DNA of 64,000 bases. Source: Gordius albopunctatus (taxonomy: Eukaryota). The stretch is from NCBI GenBank assembly GCA_964276515.1, contig OZ193909.1:9610001-9674000 (forward strand), read 5' to 3'. Shown one piece after another: positions 53,201 through 64,000 of this stretch. How positions within the stretch are numbered: position 1 is the first letter of the stretch; each line of letters begins with the position of its first letter. Position numbers and translations under genes: made by a program. Below the pieces are notes generated by a model. That model ran no database searches and had not been told where the DNA came from. It saw only the letters and a program-made list of their open reading frames with translations.

Positions 53201-56200
53201 GGTTTTAGATTGAGAGAAACTAAACTTTTCGTGTTGCGTTTAGATTGTTTCAAAATCGCTTTCTAAGCGTGTCTCTAGTTTTTGAGAAACAAACTCTATT
53301 TGATCGTGATTTAAAGTTAATAATTTTTGAGGACGATCAAAAATTTTTCACTAATTGACCTCTGATATCAAATCTTTCATGACGGCTATATTGTTGAACA
53401 AAAAAATTGAAAAAATTTTGATGTCGAAAAAAATATTTATTTTCATATTCTATCAAAAGGGGGCTGAAAGAATCTTTAAAAGTTAGTAAATATTCTTAGC
53501 ATCATGTCCTTGTTAGAATCCGTATGATAATTTTTGCATGGGGTGAGGTTTTAGATTGAGAGAAACTAAACTTTTCGTGTTGCGTTTAGATTGTTTCAAA
53601 ATCGCTTTCTAAGCGTGTCTCTAGTTTTTGTGAATCAAACTCTATTTGATCGTGATTTAAAGTTAATAATTTTTGAGGACTGATCAAAAAATTTTTCACT
53701 AATTGACCTCTGATATCAAAAACTTTCCTGACGGTTATATTGTTGAACAAAAAAATTGAAAAAATTTTGATGTCGAAAAAAATATTTATTTTCCTATTCT
53801 TTCGAAAGGGGGCTGAAAGAATCTTTAAAAGTTAGTAAATATTCTTAGCATCATGTCCTTGTCAGAATCCGTATGATAATTTTTGCACGGGGTGAGGTTT
53901 TAGATTGAGAGAAACTAAACTTTTCGTGTTGCGTTTAGATTGTTTCAAAATCGCTTTCTAAGCGTGTCTCTAGTTTTTGAGAAACAAACTCTATTTGATC
54001 GTGATTTAAAGTTAATAATTTTTGAGGACGATCAAAAATTTTTCACTAATTGACCTCTGATATCAAAAACTTTCATGACGGCTATATTGTTGAACAAAAA
54101 AATTGAAAAAATTTTGATGTCGAAAAAAATATTTATTTTCCTATTCTTTCGAAAGGGGGATGAAAAAATCTTTAAAATTTAGAAACTAAACTTTTCGTGT
54201 TGCGTTTAGATTGTTTCAAAATCGCTTTCTAAGCGTGTCTCTAGTTTTTGAGAAACAAACTCTATTTGATCGTGATTTAAAGTTAAAAACTTTTGAGGAC
54301 TGATCAAAAATTTTTCACTAATTGACCTCTGATATCAAATCTTTCATGACGGCTATATTGTTGAACAAAAAAATTGAAAAAATTTTGATGTCGAAAAAAA
54401 TATTTATTTTCCTATTCTTTCGAAAGGGTGATGAAAAAATCTTTAAAATTTAGAAACTAAACTTTTCGTGTTGCGTTTAGATTGTTTCAAAATCGCTTTC
54501 TAAGCGTGTCTCTAGTTTTTGCGAAACAAACTCTATGTGATCGTGATTTAAAGTTAATAATTTTTGAGGACTGATCAAAAAAATTTTTCACTAATTCACC
54601 TCTGATATCAAAAACTTTCATGACGGCTATATTGTTGAACAAAAAAATTGAAAAATTTTTGAAGTCGAAAAAAATATTTATTTTCATATTCTATCAAAAG
54701 GGGGCTGAAAGAATCTTTAAAAGTTAGTAAATATTCTTAGCATCATGTCCTTGTTAGAATCCGTATGATAATTTTTGCACGGGGTGAGGTTTTAGATTGA
54801 GAGAAACTAAACTTTTCGTGTTGCGTTTAGATTGTTTCAAAATCGCTTTCTAAGCGTGTCTCTAGTTTTTGAGAAACAAACTCTATTTGATCGTGATTTA
54901 AAGTTAATAATTTTTGAGGACGATCAAAAATTTTTCACTAATTGACCTCTGATATCAAATCTTTCATGACGGCTATATTGTTGAACAAAAAAATTGAAAA
55001 AATTTTGATGTCGAAAAAAATATTTATTTTCATATTCTATCAAAAGGGGGCTGAAAGAATCTTTAAAAGTTAGTAAATATTCTTAGCATCATGTCCTTGT
55101 TAGAATCCGTATGATAATTTTTGCATGGGGTGAGGTTTTAGATTGAGAGAAACTAAACTTTTCGTGTTGCGTTTAGATTGTTTCAAAATCGCTTTCTAAG
55201 CGTGTCTCTAGTTTTTGAGAAACAAACTCTATTTGATCGTGATTTAAAGTTAATAATTTTTGAGGACGATCAAAAATTTTTCACTAATTGACCTCTGATA
55301 TCAAAAACTTTCATGACGGCTATATTGTTGAACAAAAAAATTGAAAAAATTTTGATGTCGAAAAAAATATTTATTTTCCTATTCTTTCGAAAGGGGGATG
55401 AAAAAATCTTTAAAATTTAGAAACTAAACTTTTCGTGTTGCGTTTAGATTGTTTCAAAATCGCTTTCTAAGCGTGTCTCTAGTTTTTGAGAAACAAACTC
55501 TATTTGATCGTGATTTAAAGTTAAAAACTTTTGAGGACTGATCAAAAATTTTTCACTAATTGACCTCTGATATCAAATCTTTCATGACGGCTATATTGTT
55601 GAACAAAAAAATTGAAAAAATTTTGATGTCGAAAAAAATATTTATTTTCCTATTCTTTCGAAAGGGTGATGAAAAAATCTTTAAAATTTAGAAACTAAAC
55701 TTTTCGTGTTGCGTTTAGATTGTTTCAAAATCGCTTTCTAAGCGTGTCTCTAGTTTTTGCGAAACAAACTCTATGTGATCGTGATTTAAAGTTAATAATT
55801 TTTGAGGACTGATCAAAAAAATTTTTCACTAATTCACCTCTGATATCAAAAACTTTCATGACGGCTATATTGTTGAACAAAAAAATTGAAAAATTTTTGA
55901 AGTCGAAAAAAATATTTATTTTCATATTCTATCAAAAGGGGGCTGAAAGAATCTTTAAAAGTTAGTAAATATTCTTAGCATCATGTCCTTGTTAGAATCC
56001 GTATGATAATTTTTGCACGGGGTGAGGTTTTAGATTGAGAGAAACTAAACTTTTCGTGTTGCGTTTAGATTGTTTCAAAATCGCTTTCTAAGCGTGTCTC
56101 TAGTTTTTGAGAAACAAACTCTATTTGATCGTGATTTAAAGTTAATAATTTTTGAGGACGATCAAAAATTTTTCACTAATTGACCTCTGATATCAAATCT

Positions 56201-57390
56201 TTCATGACGGCTATATTGTTGAACAAAAAAATTGAAAAAATTTTGATGTCGAAAAAAATATTTATTTTCATATTCTATCAAAAGGGGGCTGAAAGAATCT
56301 TTAAAAGTTAGTAAATATTCTTAGCATCATGTCCTTGTTAGAATCCGTATGATAATTTTTGCATGGGGTGAGGTTTTAGATTGAGAGAAACTAAACTTTT
56401 CGTGTTGCGTTTAGATTGTTTCAAAATCGCTTTCTAAGCGTGTCTCTAGTTTTTGTGAATCAAACTCTATTTGATCGTGATTTAAAGTTAATAATTTTTG
56501 AGGACTGATCAAAAAATTTTTCACTAATTGACCTCTGATATCAAAAACTTTCATGACGGCTATATTGTTGAACAAAAAAATTGAAAAATTTTTGAAGTCG
56601 AAAAAAATATTTATTTTCATATTCTATCAAAAGGGGGCTGAAAGAATCTTTAAAAGTTAGTAAATATTCTTAGCATCATGTCCTTGTTAGAATCCGTATG
56701 ATAATTTTTGCATGGGGTGAGGTTTTAGATTGAGAGAAACTAAACTTTTCGTGTTGCGTTTAGATTGTTTCAAAATCGCTTTCTAAGCGTGTCTCTAGTT
56801 TTTGAGAAACAAACTCTATTTGATCGTGATTTAAAGTTAATAATTTTTGAGGACGATCAAAAATTTTTCACTAATTGACCTCTGATATCAAAAACTTTCA
56901 TGACGGCTATATTGTTGAACAAAAAAATTGAAAAAATTTTGATGTCGAAAAAAATATTTATTTTCCTATTCTTTCGAAAGGGGGATGAAAAAATCTTTAA
57001 AATTAAGAAACTAAACTTTTCGGGTTGCGTTAAGATTGTTTCAAAATCGCTTTCTAAGCGTGTCTCTAGTTTTTGAGAAACAAACTCTATTTGATCGTGA
57101 TTTAAAGTTAAAAACTTTTGAGGACTGATCAAAAAATTTTTCACTAATTGACCTCTGATATCAAATCTTTCATGACGGCTATATTGTTGAACAAAAAAAT
57201 TGAAAAAATTTTGATGTCGAAAAAAATATTTATTTTCCTATTCTTTCGAAAGGGGGATGAAAAAATCTTTAAAATTTAGAAACTAAACTTTTCGTGTTGC
57301 GTTTAGATTGTTTCAAAATCGCTTTCTAAGCGTGTCTCTAGTTTTTGTGAAACAAACTCTATTTGATCGTGATTTAAAGTTAATAATTTT
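33950..57390. repeat. ~7-kb dispersed block duplication, offset 16425 bp (~33950-40965 vs ~50375-57390)
   Basis: ORF pairs 34136/50561, 35309/51734, 36475/52900, 38062/54487, 39300/55725, 39986/56411 and 40432/56857. The TTCCTGACGGTT marker base is at 37303 and 53728. Confidence 0.88.
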
Positions 57391-57839
57391 TGAGGACGAT
57401 CAAAAATTTTTCACTAATTGACCTCTGATATCAAATCTTTCATGACGGCTATATTGTTGAACAAAAAAATTGAAAAAATTTTGATGTCGAAAAAAATATT
57501 TATTTTCATATTCTATCAAAAGGGGGCTGAAAGAATCTTTAAAAGTTAGTAAATATTCTTAGCATCATGTCCTTGTTAGAATCCGTATGATAATTTTTGC
57601 ATGGGGTGAGGTTTTAGATTGAGAGAAACTAAACTTTTCGTGTTGCGTTTAGATTGTTTCAAAATCGCTTTCTAAGCGTGTCTCTAGTTTTTGAGAAACA
57701 AACTCTATTTGATCGTGATTTAAAGTTAATAATTTTTGAGGACGATCAAAAATTTTTCACTAATTGACCTCTGATATCAAAAACTTTCATGACGGCTATA
57801 TTGTTGAACAAAAAAATTGAAAAAATTTTGATGTCGAAA

Positions 57840-60800
57840 AAAGTATTTATTTTCCTATTCTTTCGAAAGGGTGATGAAAAAATCTTTAAAATTTAGAAAC
57901 TAAACTTTTCGTGTTGCGTTTAGATTGTTTCAAAATCGCTTTCTAAGCGTGTCTCTAGTTTTTGTGAAACAAACTCTATTTGATCGTGATTATAAGTTAA
58001 TAATTTTTGAGGACTGATCAAAAAAATTTTCACTAATTGACCTCTGATATCAAAAACTTTCATGACGGCTATATTGTTGAACAAAAAAATTGAAAAAATT
58101 TTGATGTCGAAAAAAGTATTTATTTTCCTATTCTTTCGAAAGGGGGATGAAAAAATCTTTAAAATTTAGAAACTAAACTTTTTGTGTTGCGTTTAGATTG
58201 TTTCAAAATCGCTTTCTAATCGTGTCTCTAGTTTTTGCGAAACAAACTCTATGTGATCGTGATTTAAAGTTAATAATTTTTGAGGACTGATCAAAAAAAT
58301 TTTTCACTAATTGACCTCTGATATCAAAAACTTTCATGACGGCTATATTGTTGAACAAAAAAATTGAAAAATTTTTGAAGTCGAAAAAAATATTTATTTT
58401 CATATTCTATCAAAAGGGGGCTGAAAGAATCTTTAAAAGTTAGTAAATATTCTTAGCATCATGTCCTTGTTAGAATCCGTATGATAATTTTTGCACGGGG
58501 TGAGGTTTTAGATTGAGAGAAACTAAACTTTTCGTGTTGCGTTTAGATTGTTTCAAAATCGCTTTCTAAGCGTGTCTCTAGTTTTTGAGAAACAAACTCT
58601 ATTTGATCGTGATTTAAAGTTAATAATTTTTGAGGACGATCAAAAATTTTTCACTAATTGACCTCTGATATCAAATCTTTCATGACGGCTATATTGTTGA
58701 ACAAAAAAATTGAAAAAATTTTGATGTCGAAAAAAATATTTATTTTCATATTCTATCAAAAGGGGGCTGAAAGAATCTTTAAAAGTTAGTAAATATTCTT
58801 AGCATCATGTCCTTGTTAGAATCCGTATGATAATTTTTGCATGGGGTGAGGTTTTAGATTGAGAGAAACTAAACTTTTCGTGTTGCGTTTAGATTGTTTC
58901 AAAATCGCTTTCTAAGCGTGTCTCTAGTTTTTGTGAATCAAACTCTATTTGATCGTGATTTAAAGTTAATAATTTTTGAGGACTGATCAAAAAATTTTTC
59001 ACTAATTGACCTCTGATATCAAAAACTTTCCTGACGGTTATATTGTTGAACAAAAAAATTGAAAAAATTTTGATGTCGAAAAAAATATTTATTTTCCTAT
59101 TCTTTCGAAAGGGGGCTGAAAGAATCTTTAAAAGTTAGTAAATATTCTTAGCATCATGTCCTTGTTAGAATCCGTATGATAATTTTTGCACGGGGTGAGG
59201 TTTTAGATTGAGAGAAACTAAACTTTTCGTGTTGCGTTTAGATTGTTTCAAAATCGCTTTCTAAGCGTGTCTCTAGTTTTTGAGAAACAAACTCTATTTG
59301 ATCGTGATTTAAAGTTAATAATTTTTGAGGACGATCAAAAATTTTTCACTAATTGACCTCTGATATCAAAAACTTTCATGACGGCTATATTGTTGAACAA
59401 AAAAATTGAAAAAATTTTGATGTCGAAAAAAATATTTATTTTCCTATTCTTTCGAAAGGGGGATGAAAAAATCTTTAAAATTTAGAAACTAAACTTTTCG
59501 TGTTGCGTTTAGATTGTTTCAAAATCGCTTTCTAAGCGTGTCTCTAGTTTTTGAGAAACAAACTCTATTTGATCGTGATTTAAAGTTAAAAACTTTTGAG
59601 GACTGATCAAAAATTTTTCACTAATTGACCTCTGATATCAAATCTTTCATGACGGCTATATTGTTGAACAAAAAAATTGAAAAAATTTTGATGTCGAAAA
59701 AAATATTTATTTTCCTATTCTTTCGAAAGGGTGATGAAAAAATCTTTAAAATTTAGAAACTAAACTTTTCGTGTTGCGTTTAGATTGTTTCAAAATCGCT
59801 TTCTAAGCGTGTCTCTAGTTTTTGCGAAACAAACTCTATGTGATCGTGATTTAAAGTTAATAATTTTTGAGGACTGATCAAAAAAATTTTTCACTAATTC
59901 ACCTCTGATATCAAAAACTTTCATGACGGCTATATTGTTGAACAAAAAAATTGAAAAATTTTTGAAGTCGAAAAAAATATTTATTTTCATATTCTATCAA
60001 AAGGGGGCTGAAAGAATCTTTAAAAGTTAGTAAATATTCTTAGCATCATGTCCTTGTTAGAATCCGTATGATAATTTTTGCACGGGGTGAGGTTTTAGAT
60101 TGAGAGAAACTAAACTTTTCGTGTTGCGTTTAGATTGTTTCAAAATCGCTTTCTAAGCGTGTCTCTAGTTTTTGAGAAACAAACTCTATTTGATCGTGAT
60201 TTAAAGTTAATAATTTTTGAGGACGATCAAAAATTTTTCACTAATTGACCTCTGATATCAAATCTTTCATGACGGCTATATTGTTGAACAAAAAAATTGA
60301 AAAAATTTTGATGTCGAAAAAAATATTTATTTTCATATTCTATCAAAAGGGGGCTGAAAGAATCTTTAAAAGTTAGTAAATATTCTTAGCATCATGTCCT
60401 TGTTAGAATCCGTATGATAATTTTTGCATGGGGTGAGGTTTTAGATTGAGAGAAACTAAACTTTTCGTGTTGCGTTTAGATTGTTTCAAAATCGCTTTCT
60501 AAGCGTGTCTCTAGTTTTTGAGAAACAAACTCTATTTGATCGTGATTTAAAGTTAATAATTTTTGAGGACGATCAAAAATTTTTCACTAATTGACCTCTG
60601 ATATCAAAAACTTTCATGACGGCTATATTGTTGAACAAAAAAATTGAAAAAATTTTGATGTCGAAAAAAATATTTATTTTCCTATTCTTTCGAAAGGGGG
60701 ATGAAAAAATCTTTAAAATTTAGAAACTAAACTTTTCGTGTTGCGTTTAGATTGTTTCAAAATCGCTTTCTAAGCGTGTCTCTAGTTTTTGAGAAACAAA

Positions 60801-62130
60801 CTCTATTTGATCGTGATTTAAAGTTAAAAACTTTTGAGGACTGATCAAAAATTTTTCACTAATTGACCTCTGATATCAAATCTTTCATGACGGCTATATT
60901 GTTGAACAAAAAAATTGAAAAAATTTTGATGTCGAAAAAAATATTTATTTTCCTATTCTTTCGAAAGGGTGATGAAAAAATCTTTAAAATTTAGAAACTA
61001 AACTTTTCGTGTTGCGTTTAGATTGTTTCAAAATCGCTTTCTAAGCGTGTCTCTAGTTTTTGCGAAACAAACTCTATGTGATCGTGATTTAAAGTTAATA
61101 ATTTTTGAGGACTGATCAAAAAAATTTTTCACTAATTCACCTCTGATATCAAAAACTTTCATGACGGCTATATTGTTGAACAAAAAAATTGAAAAATTTT
61201 TGAAGTCGAAAAAAATATTTATTTTCATATTCTATCAAAAGGGGGCTGAAAGAATCTTTAAAAGTTAGTAAATATTCTTAGCATCATGTCCTTGTTAGAA
61301 TCCGTATGATAATTTTTGCACGGGGTGAGGTTTTAGATTGAGAGAAACTAAACTTTTCGTGTTGCGTTTAGATTGTTTCAAAATCGCTTTCTAAGCGTGT
61401 CTCTAGTTTTTGAGAAACAAACTCTATTTGATCGTGATTTAAAGTTAATAATTTTTGAGGACGATCAAAAATTTTTCACTAATTGACCTCTGATATCAAA
61501 TCTTTCATGACGGCTATATTGTTGAACAAAAAAATTGAAAAAATTTTGATGTCGAAAAAAATATTTATTTTCATATTCTATCAAAAGGGGGCTGAAAGAA
61601 TCTTTAAAAGTTAGTAAATATTCTTAGCATCATGTCCTTGTTAGAATCCGTATGATAATTTTTGCATGGGGTGAGGTTTTAGATTGAGAGAAACTAAACT
61701 TTTCGTGTTGCGTTTAGATTGTTTCAAAATCGCTTTCTAAGCGTGTCTCTAGTTTTTGTGAATCAAACTCTATTTGATCGTGATTTAAAGTTAATAATTT
61801 TTGAGGACTGATCAAAAAATTTTTCACTAATTGACCTCTGATATCAAAAACTTTCATGACGGCTATATTGTTGAACAAAAAAATTGAAAAATTTTTGAAG
61901 TCGAAAAAAATATTTATTTTCATATTCTATCAAAAGGGGGCTGAAAGAATCTTTAAAAGTTAGTAAATATTCTTAGCATCATGTCCTTGTTAGAATCCGT
62001 ATGATAATTTTTGCATGGGGTGAGGTTTTAGATTGAGAGAAACTAAACTTTTCGTGTTGCGTTTAGATTGTTTCAAAATCGCTTTCTAAGCGTGTCTCTA
62101 GTTTTTGAGAAACAAACTCTATTTGATCGT
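57840..62130. repeat. Third copy (~4.3 kb) of the 36.1-40.4 kb block (offset 21728; 5303 from the second copy)
   Basis: ORFs 58203, 59790, 61028 and 61714 equal 36475, 38062, 39300 and 39986 plus 21728. The CCTGACGGTT marker is at 59031. Confidence 0.85.
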
Positions 62131-64000
62131 GATTTAAAGTTAAAAACTTTTGAGGACTGATCAAAAAATTTTTTCACTAATTGACCTCTGATATCATAAA
62201 CTTTCATGACGGCTATATTGTTGAACAAAAAAATTGAAAAAATTTTGATGTCGAAAAAAATATTTATTTTCATATTCTATCGAAAGGGTGCTGAAAGAAT
62301 CTTTAAAATTTAGAAACTAAACTTTTCGTGTTGCGTTTAGATTGTTTCAAAATAGCTTTCTAAGCGTGTCTCTAGTTTTTGCGAAACAAACTCTATGTGA
62401 TCGTGATTTAAAGTTAATAATTTTTGAGGACTGATCAAAAAATTTTTTCACTAATTGACCTCTGATATCAAAAACTTTCATGACGGCTATATTGTTGAAC
62501 AAAAAAATTGAAAAATTTTTGAAGTCGAAAAAAATATTTATTTTCATATTCTATCAAAAGGGGGCTGAAAGAATCTTTAAAAGTTAGTAAATATTCTTAG
62601 CATCATGTCCTTGTTAGAATCCGTATGATAATTTTTGCACGGGGTGAGGTTTTAGATTGAGAGAAACTAAACTTTTCGTGTTGCGTTTAGATTGTTTCAA
62701 AATCGCTTTCTAAGCGTGTCTCTAGTTTTTGAGAAACAAACTCTATTTGATCGTGATTTAAAGTTAATAATTTTTGAGGACGATCAAAAATTTTTCACTA
62801 ATTGACCTCTGATATCAAATCTTTCATGACGGCTATATTGTTGAACAAAAAAATTGAAAAAATTTTGATGTCGAAAAAAATATTTATTTTCATATTCTTT
62901 CGAAAGGGGGATGAAAAAATCTTTAAAAGTTAGTAAATATTCTTAGCATCATGTCCTTGTTAGAATCCGTATGATAATTTTTGCATGGGGTGAGGTTTTA
63001 GATTGAGAGAAACTAAACTTTTCGTGTTGCGTTTAGATTGTTTCAAAATCGCTTTCTAAGCGTGTCTCTAGTTTTTGTGAATCAAACTCTATTTGATCGT
63101 GATTTAAAGTTAATAATTTTTGAGGACTGATCAAAAAATTTTTCACTAATTGACCTCTGATATCAAAAACTTTCATGACGGCTATATTGTTGAACAAAAA
63201 AATTGAAAAATTTTTGAAGTCGAAAAAAATATTTATTTTCATATTCTATCAAAAGGGGGCTGAAAGAATCTTTAAAAGTTAGTAAATATTCTTAGCATCA
63301 TGTCCTTGTTAGAATCCGTATGATAATTTTTGCACGGGGTGAGGTTTTAGATTGAGAGAAACTAAACTTTTCGTGTTGCGTTTAGATTGTTTCAAAATCG
63401 CTTTCTAAGCGTGTCTCTAGTTTTTGAGAAACAAACTCTATTTGATCGTGATTTAAAGTTATTAATTTTTGAGGACGATCAAAAATTTTTCACTAATTGA
63501 CCTCTGATATCAAATCTTTCATGACGGCTATATTGTTGAACAAAAAAATTGAAAAAATTTTGATGTCGAAAAAAATATTTATTTTCATATTCTTTCGAAA
63601 GGGGGATGAAAAAATCTTTAAAAGTTAGTAAATATTCTTAGCATCATGTCCTTGTTAGAATCCGTATGATAATTTTTGCATGGGGTGAGGTTTTAGATTG
63701 AGAGAAACTAAACTTTTCGTGTTGCGTTTAGATTGTTTCAAAATCGCTTTCTAAGCGTGTCTCTAGTTTTTGTGAATCAAACTCTATTTGATCGTGATTT
63801 AAAGTTAATAATTTTTGAGGACTGATCAAAAAATTTTTCACTAATTGACCTCTGATATCAAAAACTTTCATGACGGCTATATTGTTGAACAAAAAAATTG
63901 AAAAATTTTTGAAGTCGAAAAAAATATTTATTTTCATATTCTATCAAAAGGGGGCTGAAAGAATCTTTAAAAGTTAGTAAATATTCTTAGCATCATGTCC

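Larger units (their letters stand above)
1..64000. repeat. AT-rich tandem satellite DNA array, ~349-bp basic monomer plus ~273-bp deletion variant, runs off both window ends
   Basis: The anchor TTAGATTGTTTCAAAATCGCTTTCTAAG recurs every ~350 or ~272 bp from start to end in one orientation (e.g. 12958 to 13307 = 349 bp; 29183 to 29457 = 274 bp in the ORF track). No unique sequence was seen anywhere. Confidence 0.99.
11055..64000. repeat. Homogeneous type-B satellite domain (mixed L and S monomers)
   Basis: All monomers carry CACTAATT(G/C)ACC, GC/AATCATG and GAATCCGTATG and differ at only a handful of recurrent positions. No GAATTC type-A monomers were seen after ~11 kb. Confidence 0.93.

Noticed and set aside
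1747..63937. Dozens of near-identical 66-, 69- and 95-aa minus-strand ORFs (MKINIFFDFKNF...) suggesting a tandem micro-gene or phase-variable array
   Set aside because: They are chance frames of the satellite. The F/K/I/N-rich composition reflects A/T tracts, the frames open and close with homopolymer indels in otherwise identical monomers, they are absent from type A, and no domain is recognisable.
1..64000. CRISPR array or repeat-spacer cassette system
   Set aside because: There are no unique spacers, the entire unit is repeated, the period of 270-350 bp is far too long, and no cas or integrase genes are present.
1..64000. Tandem 5S rRNA, tRNA or snRNA gene array
   Set aside because: No recognisable 5S, tRNA or snRNA sequence. 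The unit has ~29% GC with T-runs throughout, which is incompatible with a typical Pol III gene.
1..64000. Assignment to a named satellite such as Drosophila 1.688/359-bp or Tribolium ~350-360-bp satellites
   Set aside because: Length and AT content are similar, but I cannot confirm sequence homology without a database search.
1..64000. Transposon insertion or inversion within the array
   Set aside because: No non-satellite sequence, terminal repeats or strand switch were seen on reading through, and the ORF track stays on one strand with regular spacing.

Overview
The whole 64-kb window is one uninterrupted, head-to-tail, same-orientation, AT-rich (~29% GC by hand count of one monomer) tandem satellite array of roughly 200 monomers, most likely eukaryotic (peri)centromeric or heterochromatic satellite DNA. 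I see no genes, RNA genes, CRISPR or transposon insertions, and every ORF in the track is a chance reading frame of the repeat. The monomer has two length classes: long (L, ~346-353 bp) and short (S, ~270-274 bp), which lacks the same 76-bp segment each time. It also has two sequence subfamilies. A divergent type A occurs only in patches within 1-11 kb and forms a 1410-bp 4-mer higher-order repeat. A highly homogeneous type B fills ~11-64 kb. The B domain is a nested patchwork of near-identical block duplications (offsets 1238, 2705, 3101, 3791, 5303, 8280, 16425, 20487 and 21728 bp), with recombinant monomers marking in-register exchanges. I cannot assign the satellite to a named family or species from sequence alone. 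Block boundaries are approximate because they were read by eye.
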